A stretch of DNA of 64,000 bases from the human T2T-CHM13v2.0 reference genome, Homo sapiens. The position numbers and the translations under genes were made by a program. Below are positions 1 through 16,783 of this stretch, piece after piece. The stretch lies in assembly GCF_009914755.1 (NCBI RefSeq), contig NC_060929.1. One strand, given 5' to 3'. A model generated the notes under the pieces. That model saw nothing but the letters and a program-made list of their open reading frames with translations. It had not been told where the DNA came from and did not search any database. The first letter of the stretch is position 1, and every line of letters starts with the position of its first letter.

Positions 1-1930
1 TTGAGGCACATTTCTGATCTGGTTATTCTTAAGAACTATTTATTTTCTATTATGAAAGCAATGTCACTATCACAGTACTGTTGATCTTGCTTTGTAAGGA
101 ATTTACACATTTGTGGCTCAGAAGGAACTATACAGTTGGTCAGCTGTTTGTTGTATATTCATGTATTATCCAAATGATGACATAATGAGGTAATCACTTG
201 ATTGTTCTGTGGCCATTGCCTGCCTTCCTTTGTGTGACTGATTTTTTTTAAGAAGTACAAAGTAATAGTCAAAGTGATTTTCTTCTTTCAAGAAAACTTT
301 AGTTTGTAAACTTGCGAAGATTTTTAAAACTGGAAAATCCTCTGGTGTTGACTTAGGTACGCTACATTTTTATGCTGTGAATATATGTATCACTTAAAAT
401 ATACCCCTTTAAACACGGGAATATTATTAGTCTCATGAAGGCAAACAACACTCAGCAACAATCCTTGAACTATAAAATTTAAAAGTATAAAAACTGAAAA
501 AATTACCTGAAACTAAGGAGTAAATTCTGGTTCCAAATATAACTGTCAGGAAATGTGAAGTGTAGCTTTTGAGAACTCAAAAGATGAAAATCAAGCTAAT
601 CTGAAAACATTTGTTGCATTCTATAATATCAAATGAATTGACACATATTCACTAAAAATTCCCCAAATAAAAAATTCAGTTAATCTTTGGAGGGAGAGAT
701 TTCTCACCTACTTACCTACCCACCCACCACACTGTTGGTATTTATGCACACATACACACAAATAAGGGTAGTGAAAAAGGATCAGATCAAAATTATGTGA
801 AGTAGCCCGTATAGAATCAGTGATCATCTATACTCAATCTTTGTGAAGTAGATATTTGGAGAGAGTGAGAGAAAGTGACTGGAGGTGGACTCTGCTCTCT
901 AAAAGTCACAATTTTAAAACTCATTAAATAAAGCTCAGAATACTGTACAAGACTGGTATATATTGCAAATGTTCTTTGGTACTCTTATCCTATGTGATAG
1001 CAAATAGCCATGCTTCTCATAGACCGTGACTATCTCTTTCATTCAACCACATTCATTGAGTACTTACTCTTTTTAAAAGACCAGATATGTACAGATGTAT
1101 AAAAGAGGCTCTTTAACCTCATGTCACTTGGAGTCCAAAAACTGGTTAGGATGAAAGGAGAGGTTTTTCAAAGGCAAAATTCCCCTGACACTTAGAGGTG
1201 GAGGTTCTTTAACCTGAATGATATATAATTCATAGTTTCTCCCACGGGGAAAAAAATAAACAGCAAATAAGGAAAAACTTTTTGAAATATTGTGGCACCT
1301 TTATCACTATTAAACATGTGATAATTCTAGAATAATCTGATACAGAGGTGGAAATTAAGCTTGCTGACATTTGTCTAAAAGAATTGCCTGAATGAAGGTG
1401 GGGAAGGTAAAGGAAATGATAAATCTGATGAAAAAGTAATAGACTCTATTCTTCAACCAAATGTGAATCATTTATCTGTCACACACTTTTTTCAAGTAAA
1501 CCTCCTAATTAGCATGAATAATTAGAAACAGGATTTGCATATTTTCTTTCAAAGAACAAATTGTGGCTTACCATCTTGATATCCCAACAAAGTATATCTA
1601 ACCTAACTATTAAAATATTGTGAAGATTTCTATAAATAAAAACATTTACTACGGTCAGATTTTCAAAGTCAAAATAAAGTGACTGTCTAGTGTGTTTGAG
1701 GATATTTGGAGGGTTCTATTTGGCTGCCTACAATTCAATTCAGTATAAATTTGCTAAGAATTTTGGACTCATAAAACACAAAAAAATGCTAAAATCATTC
1801 TTCCCTAACAATTATTTGCCAGGTTTATACAGATGACTTCCTCAACTTTCCTTTGCACCAGTTTTTCATAAATATGGTGATCATCCTCTAATTCCAGTAT
1901 TCACATAAGTTGTTCTCTTTGCATATATCA

Positions 1931-2345
<415 letters not shown>

Positions 2346-2442
2346 TTAATATTTGGTATACGTTATATTGCTTGAAAGAAGATAATATGATATTTTTTAT
2401 TTTCCCTCTATTTTAATGACAGTTTCTTTCTGCTCTCTTTAG

Positions 2443-2488
2443 GGAAGAGAAAAACTCAAGTTATTTCTCTACAGAAGAAACCTAAATG
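2443..2488 (+). other. Candidate 46-nt internal exon, host transcript unidentified
   Basis: Acceptor TTTCTTTCTGCTCTCTTTAG|G and donor ATG|GTAAGT. Two frames are open (GREKLKLFLYRRNLN; KRKTQVISLQKKPK). No protein recognised. Confidence 0.4.
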
Positions 2489-2639
2489 GTAAGTGTGATA
2501 CTGAACTGATAAACTGAAGTTGCCAAAGTGGTTAGTAAATGAAAGGAAGGAGAAGCAAAGGAAAGTCTTAGCTTCTAACTCTGTTCCATGCTAAACTAGC
2601 ATACTCACCTATCAGCACACCAGATATAAGCCAAACCTT

Positions 2640-2760
2640 TGAGGTGAGATATAATTCCCTTCATGATCTCAGATGAGGAAGCTGAGATTCAAAAAGATCA
2701 AAATCTGGCCAAAGACACATGGCTAAAAGGAGGATTAAAACCCTGAATAAACCTTGACTA
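2640..2760 (-). mobile_element. MIR fragment
   Basis: CAGATGAGGAAGCTGAG...GGCCAAAGACACATGGCTA resembles the reverse MIR core. Confidence 0.6.
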
Positions 2761-5700
2761 GAATCCACCAAACCATAGTCTGAAGGAAACTGATTCTGAA
2801 TCAGAGAGTTTGGAAATTAAAGTTGAATAACCATCATAAAAAGATGCAATTTTGGTTTCAACAAAGACATTTGGCTGAAGACAGCAAACAACCAAGGGTC
2901 TGCTCAAGAATCTTTGAAGTTAATTTCTAGAAAAAAACAAAAAACAAACAAACAAAAAAAAAACAGAGTCTTATACATATTTTGCCATTCATGGTTTTCC
3001 CATTTCTGCCATACATCAACTGTGAATATAGGAATGGTTTCAAAGCCTACCTCAAAGTGGTCCTAATTTAAAGATAGATTGATTGGTCTGGCTCCTTGGC
3101 TTATTTACAGGGTTCTACTGTTATCTGATGAAGTCAGGTTCACTAAAGATTTGTGAAAAATGAACTGCTTTTACAGTGCGAATCCCTTACCTCACCTTTC
3201 TCCACCCCAAATCCAAAGGTTTCTTTGGGTCTGTCTCCAGGTAGCCTACATATACCTGAACCATAAACTCCCACCAGTTCTATCTCTGGGAACCAACATC
3301 AACAAGGAAGTATCACTAGATTGTCTAGAAAATTCTGTAGAAAAAGAGGGCCAGAGAAAGGAGCTGACTAGGTCTTTATCATAAAACATTCTAGTGAGGA
3401 TAATAAATGACAGACATATACTTGGGATCAAGGTTAGAGTTATCTAGCTGGCTTAAAGGCTCTGGGTTTTATTTAATGCAGGAAAACATCAACATTTCCC
3501 AAGAGGAGAGGCATTTATTTTAAGTGTTATTCAGGTGTATTTTTGCAAAATTCCCCTTTCTATGGTGCAACTATCATATACATATTTAAATAACAGACTG
3601 TTAACCTTTTAAACTTGTGTGGTCCTTTTACATATAGGTGAAGTAATTACAAAGTTACAAATAATATTATCATGTATCTGTCGAGTTTATGTGGGTTTCC
3701 CTCGAAGAAGGAAAGATTCCATTTATTAATCTGGAATCAATCCCCTTCTTTCTACTCAGGGTTTGTGGTAATGCCCAGTGATGAATGTCATAGCTGGCAT
3801 CTTAGATAAAATGTTCTTTCTGAACAACACCCAAATATGCTTAAAATTGCAGATGACAGTTGTAAGCCTTTTTGCCTGCTTATCTGTCTGCCTTCGATGT
3901 GACCCTAAATTAGGCATCAGAAGGTGTAGAGTTTAATACAGATTCCGGGCACAATATACCTTCTCACAATTAGTTGAAAGTGCTGTTTTGTAATTAAAGG
4001 GTGAAGTGGGGCATGATGAACATATGGAAAAGGAGACCCTTAATAAGTGATGGAGCCTTCAAAAGAAATTGCTAATTAGTATGCATTTGATGTGCACTAT
4101 ACCAATTTTAAGACTTTGCCTTGAATAAATTGCTATGTTGGGTGTTCGAAGGAGTGGTGAGATTAGCATTTACAAAGGGGGCAATTTTCTGTCTTCTTGA
4201 CTCTGTTAAATGGAGGAAATAACTTCCAAGACTGGAGCAGTAGTTAGCCCATCAATCATTCTCACAGCTGGAAACTGGGGATCCCAAATGCAGAGATCAG
4301 TTAATCCGTCAGCTAATAAGTTCATAGTGGCACCATATGGCGCAGGGCCACTCCACACTGGGACAAGGACAGAACTGTTTACACAGGCATGCTGCTTTCT
4401 CAGGTAGCTCCCTGCTGACAGAATCCTTTGTTCTGAAGGATCAATTTACTTTGCACAGTAAATTGACTGAATTGATCAGTTCAGAGCATATAATTGTTGG
4501 CTAATCCTGTGGAATCATGTCCCATCCATGTGAGAGGGACAAAAGGGTGCTGCCCATGGCCTGGTCTGGGGCTCCATCCTGGGGCTATTCTCGTCGGATA
4601 GGTTGGACACTGATTAAAGGACCAGTGGACAGTAGATGTGTTGTCAGCATTGACTTCAAACGCTAAAGGGAAGAGAAACCTTGCAATGCCCAGAAGGGTT
4701 TTCTGGGTGTCTTTACTCAACTGGTATCATGACTTAACTTGGAATAGAAACAGTCAGTCAAGGCAATTTAGGTGCAAATTCTTTTCAAATACATGCCTGG
4801 AAGAATGAAAAGTACTGCTCCATCTCCAAATCTAACAAGTTATTCCACTAATGCTTATTTCGAAACTTACCTTCTATTTCTTTTCAAAAAAAGGAAAGGA
4901 AGACAAAAAAAAGTTTAAGAGATATGTTCAGAAAAGTGTGGAAACTGCAATTTAAGTGAGAAACACATTTCTTAGGCATGTGCAAAAGTGGCTGAGGTAT
5001 CCACTGTCATGCCTGTGTATGGGGTATGGGAAAATGCATCAGGGCTTTTGAGAGCAAATTAGAGCAAAGTCTTCTCATCCCTGCACATTAGTGTGAACCC
5101 TTGTGCTTTGTTCCATAGATGTGTTTGATCTGACTTTGTTTTTTCCTTCTCACATAAAAAATAAAAGAAGAATATATAAAATGAAAAAATTCCACCAATA
5201 GAGATAAATGTTGGACATAGCTCCCTTCAACTAAAGGTTTTCTTCAAAAGTTAGTGTCAATAGAATCATTTCACATCAATGGCTTGAAAAGAGAATTGTA
5301 TTCAATAGGAACTGCAGCCATTTGGAGTTGCTGAGAGGACATTTGCTTATTAAATGTCTGAACAGTAATGAACTTTATACAACTACCCCAAGAGTTTCAC
5401 CAATTAGACGGCTACTAATTTCTTCACTTATTTTACTGAGAATAAATGTCTGAGATCAGTGTCATAAGGAGAAATTACAGCAAGTTTTTGGTTTGACAGA
5501 ATTTGGAATCTTAGTGATTATCCCAGTTTTTCTCTTTTCTATAAAGAGGTATGTGCTTGATGATACTTAAGCCAATAGAGAGGGGCATACCATTTAATGG
5601 TAGTTGGTATGTTTTATCATAAAAATCTAAAATTAATAATTAAAAAATATTATCAATATATCTTCCAATACTTTTATGTGTCTTAATTTTTTTCCTCTTA

Positions 5701-7089
5701 TGGAATTTTTAATTTCCCTATTACTATATACACAGTATACAGGATTCCACAGCATTAAAAAGCAGCAAAACCAATAACCAATAAGTATTTGTATATTTTA
5801 TTTTAGGAACTACCATAGTGAGAATGAGATAAAATATAAATAATTCTGTAGAAATACTTTTAAGTTAAACTTGGGAAATTAAAAAAAAAAAAGCGGAAAC
5901 ATAAATTGTATAATGAAAACATCATAAGTGGAATCTAATGTGAAAGCAGGCACTTTGCCAAACAACCCTTTTTAGGGAGCAAAAGCTCTTTGTAATTTTT
6001 TGGTACAGTTTTCCCTTTCAAATGTTATCAAATTGGATTCTCCCACTCCATAGATAGCATATGAGACAAGCTTTAACTCTTTCTGAAACATTCATTTGCT
6101 AATTTTCCCTTTATTTAAGTAAAATTCACCCAAGTGCATATCCTAAAGTTGACATGAGTTCCCACACTCTAAATCACCAAGATCAAATCCATTTCCTTGC
6201 TCTGTTCTGAATCTGGCCAAATCTCCGCCTCCCTCCTATCTCAGCGTTTACCATACTGCAGAGGTAATGTCAAAGTTCTTGCATTCTAAACTAAAAGACA
6301 AAACTCATAGCCATTGAAACATATGTATTTTGCATGTTCATGGTATGCTACATAGTTGGAATTGGGTAAAATTTCATACATTTAATAACTTTTAATTTAA
6401 TGACTTTTTCAATATAAGTAGTAGGTTTGGAGAGGTTGTACATTACATCTCACCAAAATATCATCAAGAAGTTTTCACCCATTTCTTTATTTTACATGTA
6501 CTCATATTCTTCCTATTATAGATTCTCTATAATAGTTTCACTCACAATATTTGGGATTTTTCATTAATCAGAAAATAAATAATGTGCCTCACAGTTAGTG
6601 GTGATATATTCCAACTTTCAAGACTAATTTAAATTCATTATCCCAAAATCTTTACATAAAATCTTCAACATGTGTAACCTTTTTATTTTTTAAATTTGCA
6701 AAAAATTAGGACCCAAGGAAAAATATATGCTTTCTTCTCTCCTTTGTTACTGCTGACCTTCTCCTCCCTGGGCCTTTCTCAGCAAAGACAAAGGAAACTT
6801 CTCTCCTGTCTCATTATTCAACGTCCCTTTGCAGACTCTCTCTTAAATGCATCATTAGATGTGTTTTCTTTCTTCTGTAGTCTCAGACTAAATAAATGCC
6901 TATTCAAGGGCTTTAGAAATTTGCTGTTTTTCAGAACTAGTTTTGGGTACATGGGTTGGTTAGTAGAGTTCTTCATAGACTAAGACAAGGCAAAGGTCAA
7001 GACCTAGGGTGATTCCTCTTTGCTATTGCGGCAATTTCTTTATCAATTCGCCTAAAAGTTTACTCTCAAGTTCATAATATATCCCTCTC

Positions 7090-7262
7090 CTATTTTATCA
7101 CTTAAGCAATAATTCCTATTTATCATATTATGTATTTTGCTTGTCTTCTTTATTCTTCCCTTTCCCCTAAACATAAGTCCATAAGGTTAGAGATAATTGT
7201 TTTGTCCATTTCTGTTTATCAGTATCTTGAATAGCACCTAGCACATAATAGGCCCTCAAAAA
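7090..7262 (+). mobile_element. L2 3' end fragment
   Basis: AATAGCACCTAGCACATAATAGGCCCTCAA resembles the L2 terminus. Confidence 0.6.
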
Positions 7263-7780
7263 CAGAGTGAGATCCTTGCACAAAATAAATATGCAAAAAG
7301 GGAACCAAATATACTAATTTCTACCAAAGAAGGTGAATTATTTTAAATATTATTTCAAGACTTTTTGCAGATTTGTTTTATATTGAGTCTGTAAATGTTT
7401 ATTTTTCAGATTGTGAATTATCTGTGACTTTTAGGCATTGCTGTGGGTAAAAATGGAAACAGAAATGGTAAGAAAAAGTGAAATCTCTCTTTTTTTAACT
7501 TGTTTTATGTCTTAATTAAAGATTTGATATAATATGGAAATTAAAGGCCAATAATAGGGTTGGGGAATATTAATGCATTTAATTTTATCCATATAATAGT
7601 ATTTATCTCTCACTATGAATTGTTAGGGAATTTATACTTTGTTTGAGATAAAAAGTTTAAGGTTTTAAATGTCCAATTTTTAAAAAGAACCGTCAAATTT
7701 ATTACGCATATAATATAATTTGCACAATTACATTTGATAGGTTACACAAGATCACTTTTCTCTAAGAGTTGTGTTCTAGC

Positions 7781-7958
7781 CTGTGGTGTGCTGCAGCCAG
7801 CTCTGACCAGTTCATGAGAGCTGATTTTGTGCATCTGTTCCAAAATCCACATTTAGTGGTATCAAATGGGTAGCTTGAAATTGGCTGTAGTGGAAGTATC
7901 ACAAAAATTGGTAAATGCTACAAATCAGGGTTGTTAAACTTTTATGAGCTCGCCACTA
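7781..7958 (+). mobile_element. MER63A-like hAT-Blackjack DNA transposon
   Basis: GTGGTGTGCTGCAGCCAGCTC...GTAGCTTGAAATTGGC...GCTACAAATCAGGGTTGTTAAAC...CGCCACTA follows the recalled MER63A consensus, with decayed TIRs. Confidence 0.8.
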
Positions 7959-8611
7959 CCCTTATCTGAGTCTGATGAAACTGAAAGCTAGCTAGTACAC
8001 GACTAAACAAAAGACAGATACAATTTCCCAATATAAAATGCTTTTTGATTCATATAAACTTCCTTACCCATCTATTTCCTCTTTTTCTATCAAGCCAAGT
8101 AATAGTCAAGTATTACTCTTCAGATGAAGAGGTTTGCCATAGCAACTACTATGTTTCCAGGTGTCCAATATGTATTTATAATATGATGAATGATGATGGT
8201 GTACAGATAATAAATCTTAATCTGAAGAAAGGGAAAAGCTGATTTGTTACTCCCTTGGAAATGCAGGATGTCAGTATGTTTGGGTTACTTTGTGCTACCT
8301 GCCTCTTCCTGGCATTTTTGTGCAGGATTATTTAGAAATGAACAGAGAAACAGGAAGTTGCTTCTGATTCATTTGCAACCGTGGTCTGAGTAGTACATTC
8401 ATATCAAATGTGCTTGAGGAAACCATGAGAGTCTAATGAATTTAAAAATATCTTTAGTAGGGCAAAGAAGGCTGGCATATTTTCAAATAATTGTAAAAAG
8501 CCATGAAGGTTCAAGTTCTGGTGCTTCACCTGAGGATTATGTTTGAAGGAATTGTATAATTCCTTGAACAAGAGATAGACCATATGTTTTAATGCCTTTC
8601 TTTTTGTTTAT

Positions 8612-8983
8612 TGTCTTAGTTTGTTTTGCAATAGTGAAATACTATAGACTAGGTAGCTTAAAAAACAAACAGTTATTTTTCATATTTCTGGAGACTGGTA
8701 GGTCCAAGATCTAAGGCTGGCAGATTCAGTGTCTGGTGAAGACCCTCTTCCTGATTAGCAGATGGCTACCTTCCTGCTGTGTGCTCACATGGCAAAGAGA
8801 AGGAGAGAAAGGGCTCCGGTCTCTTCTTCTCCTTATAAGGACACTAATCCCATCATGGAGTCTCCACCCTCATGACTTCTTTGAAGCCTAATTACTTCCC
8901 AAAGGCCCCACCTCCAAATACCATCACATTGGGATTAGGGCTTCAACACAAGAATTTGGTAGGGACACATTCTGTCTATAGCA
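8612..8983 (-). mobile_element. MLT1A-like MaLR solo LTR
   Basis: TG...CA termini and AAAGGCCCCACCTCCAAATACCATCACATTGGG motif. 5-bp flanks TTTAT/TTTGT. Confidence 0.88.
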
Positions 8984-10984
8984 TTTGTGGATGCTCCCAT
9001 CTTAATGTTTTTTGAAACGTCTTCACATGTTGGTAGGTTCTTGTTTAGAAAACCAATATTATTTTATTACCTAAGTAAAAGATAATATTGTTTTCTTTTT
9101 GTGTTTAAAAAGAGATCTGAGCTATGCAACATTTGTAAACATGAAGACACTGCCCAGTAAAATCAGATAGAGTGTTCTCAATGATTTTAATTTAAAAAAT
9201 CACGAATATTTCATTGATCTTTTAAAACACAAGAGCAAAGCAATAGGTCAATATATGAATTGTTTAATGTATTCTATAGTCTCATAATTCTAAACATTAG
9301 AGATAACTGAGTTTATTTTAGTTCCAACAATTCATAGAGCACGTCTCGAAAAATAGGACATTGAATAAAAATCTTGACATGTATTCACTAAGGAAAGCAC
9401 AAATAATCTTATTAAAACATTGATATTATCAGTTAAAGAGTTTTCATTTAGGATAACTTATCTGAGTAAGAATAATAAATGTAACCACGGAGATAAAAAG
9501 GGGCATTTATTTTACGTTCCTAAAAGTCCAACATACTTAATGTCCAAAGTCTATCTGGTCCTGAGACCGATTCATGGGATAGTGATTAGCTCTTCTCACA
9601 TAGCCTCCATACTTTCCAATCTAAGAGAAAATAATTAAAAAACTGTGGCTGACTACAAGGTGCACTACAAAGAACACAAACTAGCAGTTGCTGTGACTTT
9701 CTTATAAACTAGAGATGAATAAAACAAAATAAAAATCTCTTGAATCTCAACATTTGTGACATTTATCTGTAGAATCAGCAACTGCAGTGGCAATAAATCA
9801 CTATATCCTGTTCTCACAGTTAAAGTAAAAGATTGTCAATCCCTCAGGACTATCAGGACTAGTTCAACCCTGACTGCAATAGTTCACCTCATCCTCAGCC
9901 ACACTCCTACCCATATGCATATACACTTACAAACAAAGATATCATAGAACCTTAATGCTGTAAAAGACTTAGAAATCATTTGACCCATAGTGAATAAGTG
10001 CAAGGCATACATAGTAATGCCCTCCACCCCAAACTACCATGCAGATACCACTAATTGACCACAGCATTCTTTCCCCCATTCCCAAACTTGGGTTCCCATG
10101 ATACATAGCCCAATGCTCCAGATGACCAGTACCAAATGAACAAGAATAACACATAACATGAAACCTATTTACCAATCCTAATTTTGGCAAACTCTTTCAT
10201 TTTACATTTTTTTCTACATGATATTCTGAGCTAATGAAAACTACCTTCTCATCCCATGATAAAGATACAGTTGCTGAATACAAATATATTAAAAGAATTT
10301 TAAAATGTAACTGAGTTAAAAAGAGAAAAAAAAGAAATTCTCAGATCTGAGAAATGAACAAGAAACTGTTTTTGTGTTAGTTGATACCATGTTAGGCCAA
10401 GGAGCTATTTGTTTATAAATCACTGTTGACAAACACTCTGTTCTTAACATTCAAACAGGTTGAAGACATGTGACATGGGGCTCATTCAAAGTGGGTGCTG
10501 AAACAATGTATTGCATAAGCCAGGTATCCTGGACCAACTCTGTCCTATGAAAAAGAGGAATTGTAAGACTAACCTATCGGTTTTGGTAAGCAAAAAAGAA
10601 AAACAAAGTGCCATGAGAAATAATATCTCTAACCTTCTCCATATATGTATTTGTAATCAGAATTATGCTACCTGTATCACTTGGAACATCGCAGAAAGAT
10701 ATTGGGGCAAACAAGTTGCAGAACAATAAAACCTCTGGGTGCCTAGAAGAAGCTAACAGAAATAGCTAAATTTGGATACTCCCAAAATCTAGGGCACAGA
10801 AACTCTCCCTTAAAAAAAATACAGCTGAAGATAAGTTTACAATCAAAAACTAAAATTCACAAAGTATATGATTCACTATGAAGGTTGGCAGAGCCAAAAC
10901 AGGAAAAGTACCACTACAAGACCTTGGAATAATGCAATGATTTGAAACATACCACAAAACAAGTACAGCAATTCTAAAGCTCAA

Positions 10985-11232
10985 TAATAGATAACACTTC
11001 TGGTATGTCTGGCAGTCTTCTGAGCATTTTCATTCATTTAATAATTTATTTACCATTGCAACAGCTCCTAAGGTAGATATTACTACTATTCTTATCCTAC
11101 AGATAAGTAAACTGAGCTTATGAGTGGTTAAGTGACAGACACAAAATTACAAAGCTAGAACGTGGTGGTAAGAAACTTAAATGTAGGCAATCTGCCTCTA
11201 GAATCTGTATTTAAAAACTATGCTCTACTACC
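10985..11232 (-). mobile_element. MIR
   Basis: TACAGATAAGTAAACTGAG...GGTTAAGTGAC core, near full length. Confidence 0.75.
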
Positions 11233-11249
11233 ATTATAGTAAGAATAAA

Positions 11250-11856
11250 ATAACTACCATTTGTTTAGTACTTAGTATGTGACAGAAAATGCTTTAAGTG
11301 ATTTTCTCATACTGACTTATTTAATACTCACAATAAACCTACGAAGTAAGTATTATTATAATTCCTATGTTACAGAAGAGAAACTGAAGCATAGAGAGAT
11401 TGTCATATTTGTTAGGGCTGCCAGGAGAAAATATCATAGACTGGGTATCTTATAAACAACAGAAATTTATTTCTCACAACTCTGGAGGTTGGGAAGTCCA
11501 AGATCAAGGTGCCAGTAGATTCACTTCAGTATCCAGTGAGGATTGTCTTCTGGTTCATAGAAGGCATCTTCTTGCTGCATCTTTGCATAGCAGGAAGGAC
11601 AAACAAGCTCCCCTGGGCTTTTTTTACAAGAGCACTAATCCTATTCATAAAGGCTCCACCCTCATGACCTAATCACCTTCTAAAGACCCCACTTCTTAAT
11701 ATTTTCTCATTGGCAATTAGGTTTTAACATATGAATTTGGGGAGACATGAAAATTCAGACCATAGCAGATGTTGAGTAACTATCCCCAGTTACACAGCTA
11801 GAAGTGACAGAGTCAGTCTTTCTGGAGTTCATGTCTACTATGCTATACTATCTACC
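11250..11856 (-). mobile_element. MIR split by an MLT1A insertion
   Basis: The core TTACAGAAGAGAAACTGAAGCATAGA breaks at 11400 and resumes at 11768 as GTTGAGTAACTATCCCCAGTTACACAGCTAG. Confidence 0.78.
11401..11767 (-). mobile_element. MLT1A0-like MaLR solo LTR
   Basis: TG...CATAGCA termini; AACAACAGAAATTTATTTCTCACA, GGAAGTCCAAGATCAAGGTGCC and GCTCCACCCTCATGACCTAATCACC motifs. Confidence 0.88.
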
Positions 11857-13526
11857 ATGATGGCACAGAAAGTTTGAAAGCAAAGGAGAGAAAAGGAGAT
11901 TGGAAAGTAATATACCCCAAGAAGATACTAATCAAGAAGAATGTGTCACAATATACATATTAGACAAAATAGACCTTAAGTTAAAAAGCAGGGTAGGTAT
12001 ATACAGAGTTATTATATAATGATAAACACATTCACTCATAAGATTTAACAATCCTGAACTTGCATGTGCTTAACAACATAGCCTCAAAACATATACAGCA
12101 GAATTAAATGGAATAACACAGAGAAATTGACTAATTTATAATAGCAATAGGAGAATTAAGAAACATTTTTCAGAAACTGAGAGGTCAAGAAAGCCAAGAA
12201 TTAGTGAACTTAAAGCAACTAAAGTCCAGAGAGATATAGTAAAGAGTTTTAGTGGCATACTGCTAGATAGAGCTAAATCCAGAAACAGTAACATTTCTTT
12301 ATATTTGCATAGTTCTTTGTATTTAAAAAAATAATTTCACAGATAACATGATTTTATTTTAAACCTCCAAGCATTGAGAACACTTCTGGCATGTCAGACA
12401 ATCTTTTAAGCATTTTAAATAACCTGTGTTGAGGAGACAAGGGAGTTTCCTTCCTATGTTTGTCGACAGGCAGAAGATAAAAATTTGAAAAAAGGTTATG
12501 GCAAAGGGTTATATCCACTTTTATATCAGATCTCGTCACACCTCATTCTCTGCCTAGGCTCACACACACTGACAAAAGAGAATTTTATTCTAATCACCCA
12601 AAAAATTTTCACATGAGAAACATACTAGAGAAAACTTCCCTTACTTCAGAATTCTTTGATACCTTCATAATAGGGGCTTTGTAATATGGAATCAGTCTGG
12701 CTCTTTTAGGTGCTATCAAGTTACTGCAAGTAGTGAAAGGAATGGAACTAGCGAAAAAGTGAGATACAATCTGCGCTCATGGAGCCTGGACTTGAAGAAG
12801 GTCATTCCAGATTTGCAACAGCACTATAGATCATGGCAGCCAGATTCAATGGAATTTTACCATTGATCATTACCATTGATCATTAACATAACATAGTTCT
12901 CCCTTGTTCTGTACTCTTCTATTTCCTCCTCTTTTACCATCTAGATTTACTCTGCATTTTGTCTCTACATCACAACTTTCCTTCATTAAAACTCCAGTTC
13001 ACATAACACTTTGGCTTTGTTGTAATCTCATGATCCTTATGATCATCTACCAATGGCCTAATACTCTCCAAATTTCCCAAATATCCCTAAAAGTGAACAG
13101 ATTACTTTCAGAATACTTTTTCATCCCAGGCGACCTCATAGGTAGCTGTCTAGCTTACTGTTCATTGTCTTTGGGTCAGGCACCCACACAGTCTGCTATG
13201 GCCAATGAAGACATAGCCTCAAACATGTCTAGTCAATATGGGTTTTTCCTTTTCCTGTGAAAAAACTATGGGGTTAGCACAATTGTGAGGCTTCAATAAA
13301 GAAATTTTTTTTATACAAGTTTACCTGAATTCTAAAATAAAATAGAAAACTATTTTTAAGAAAACAGAAAGCTTTTTCATATTACTACCACATCAGTCAA
13401 TTCTTTTTCCACACCATAGTTATTTCTCAAGCAATAACCTGCATTACCATATTATTTTTATAGAAGACTATTAGATGCATATTGCTACCTACTAGGAAAA
13501 TGATGATTCCAAAGTTTTTTTTTTTT

Positions 13527-13741
13527 AGGTTCACTAATGTTTAATTTACAATACAATTTTGCTTTAATGCTCTATTTTCCTAAATATAAGGAACTAAAGT
13601 AATGATGTTATAAAATTAAGTAGAATCATCTCTTGAGCTATGATTCTGTAGACCTGCTTAAAATTATAACAAGTTAAAAAATAGGAAGAATTCAATAGTG
13701 AAGCCACCTGGACTGGACCTGAAATTTTCTTTATGGGAAGA
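13527..13741 (-). other. L1 3'-transduced segment
   Basis: Lies between the L1 3' end and a second poly(A) (T12 at 13515-13526), inside the TSD. ATTAAA (minus strand, 13540-13545) is 13 nt before the tail. Confidence 0.85.

Positions 13742-16783
<3,042 letters not shown>

Larger units (their letters stand above)
10230..12200 (+). mobile_element. Highly decayed old L1 (L1ME-like), interrupted by two MIRs and an LTR
   Basis: 11860-12200 resembles the ORF2 endonuclease region (AGACAAAATAGACCTTAAG, AACAACATAGCCTCAAAACATATA). 10230-10980 is a weaker A-rich 5' portion. Confidence 0.55.

Noticed and set aside
8182-8225. ATGATGA...CTGA resembling a C/D box snoRNA
   Set aside because: The boxes are only about 40 nt apart, there is no terminal stem, and the sequence lies in a TGA-repeat context.
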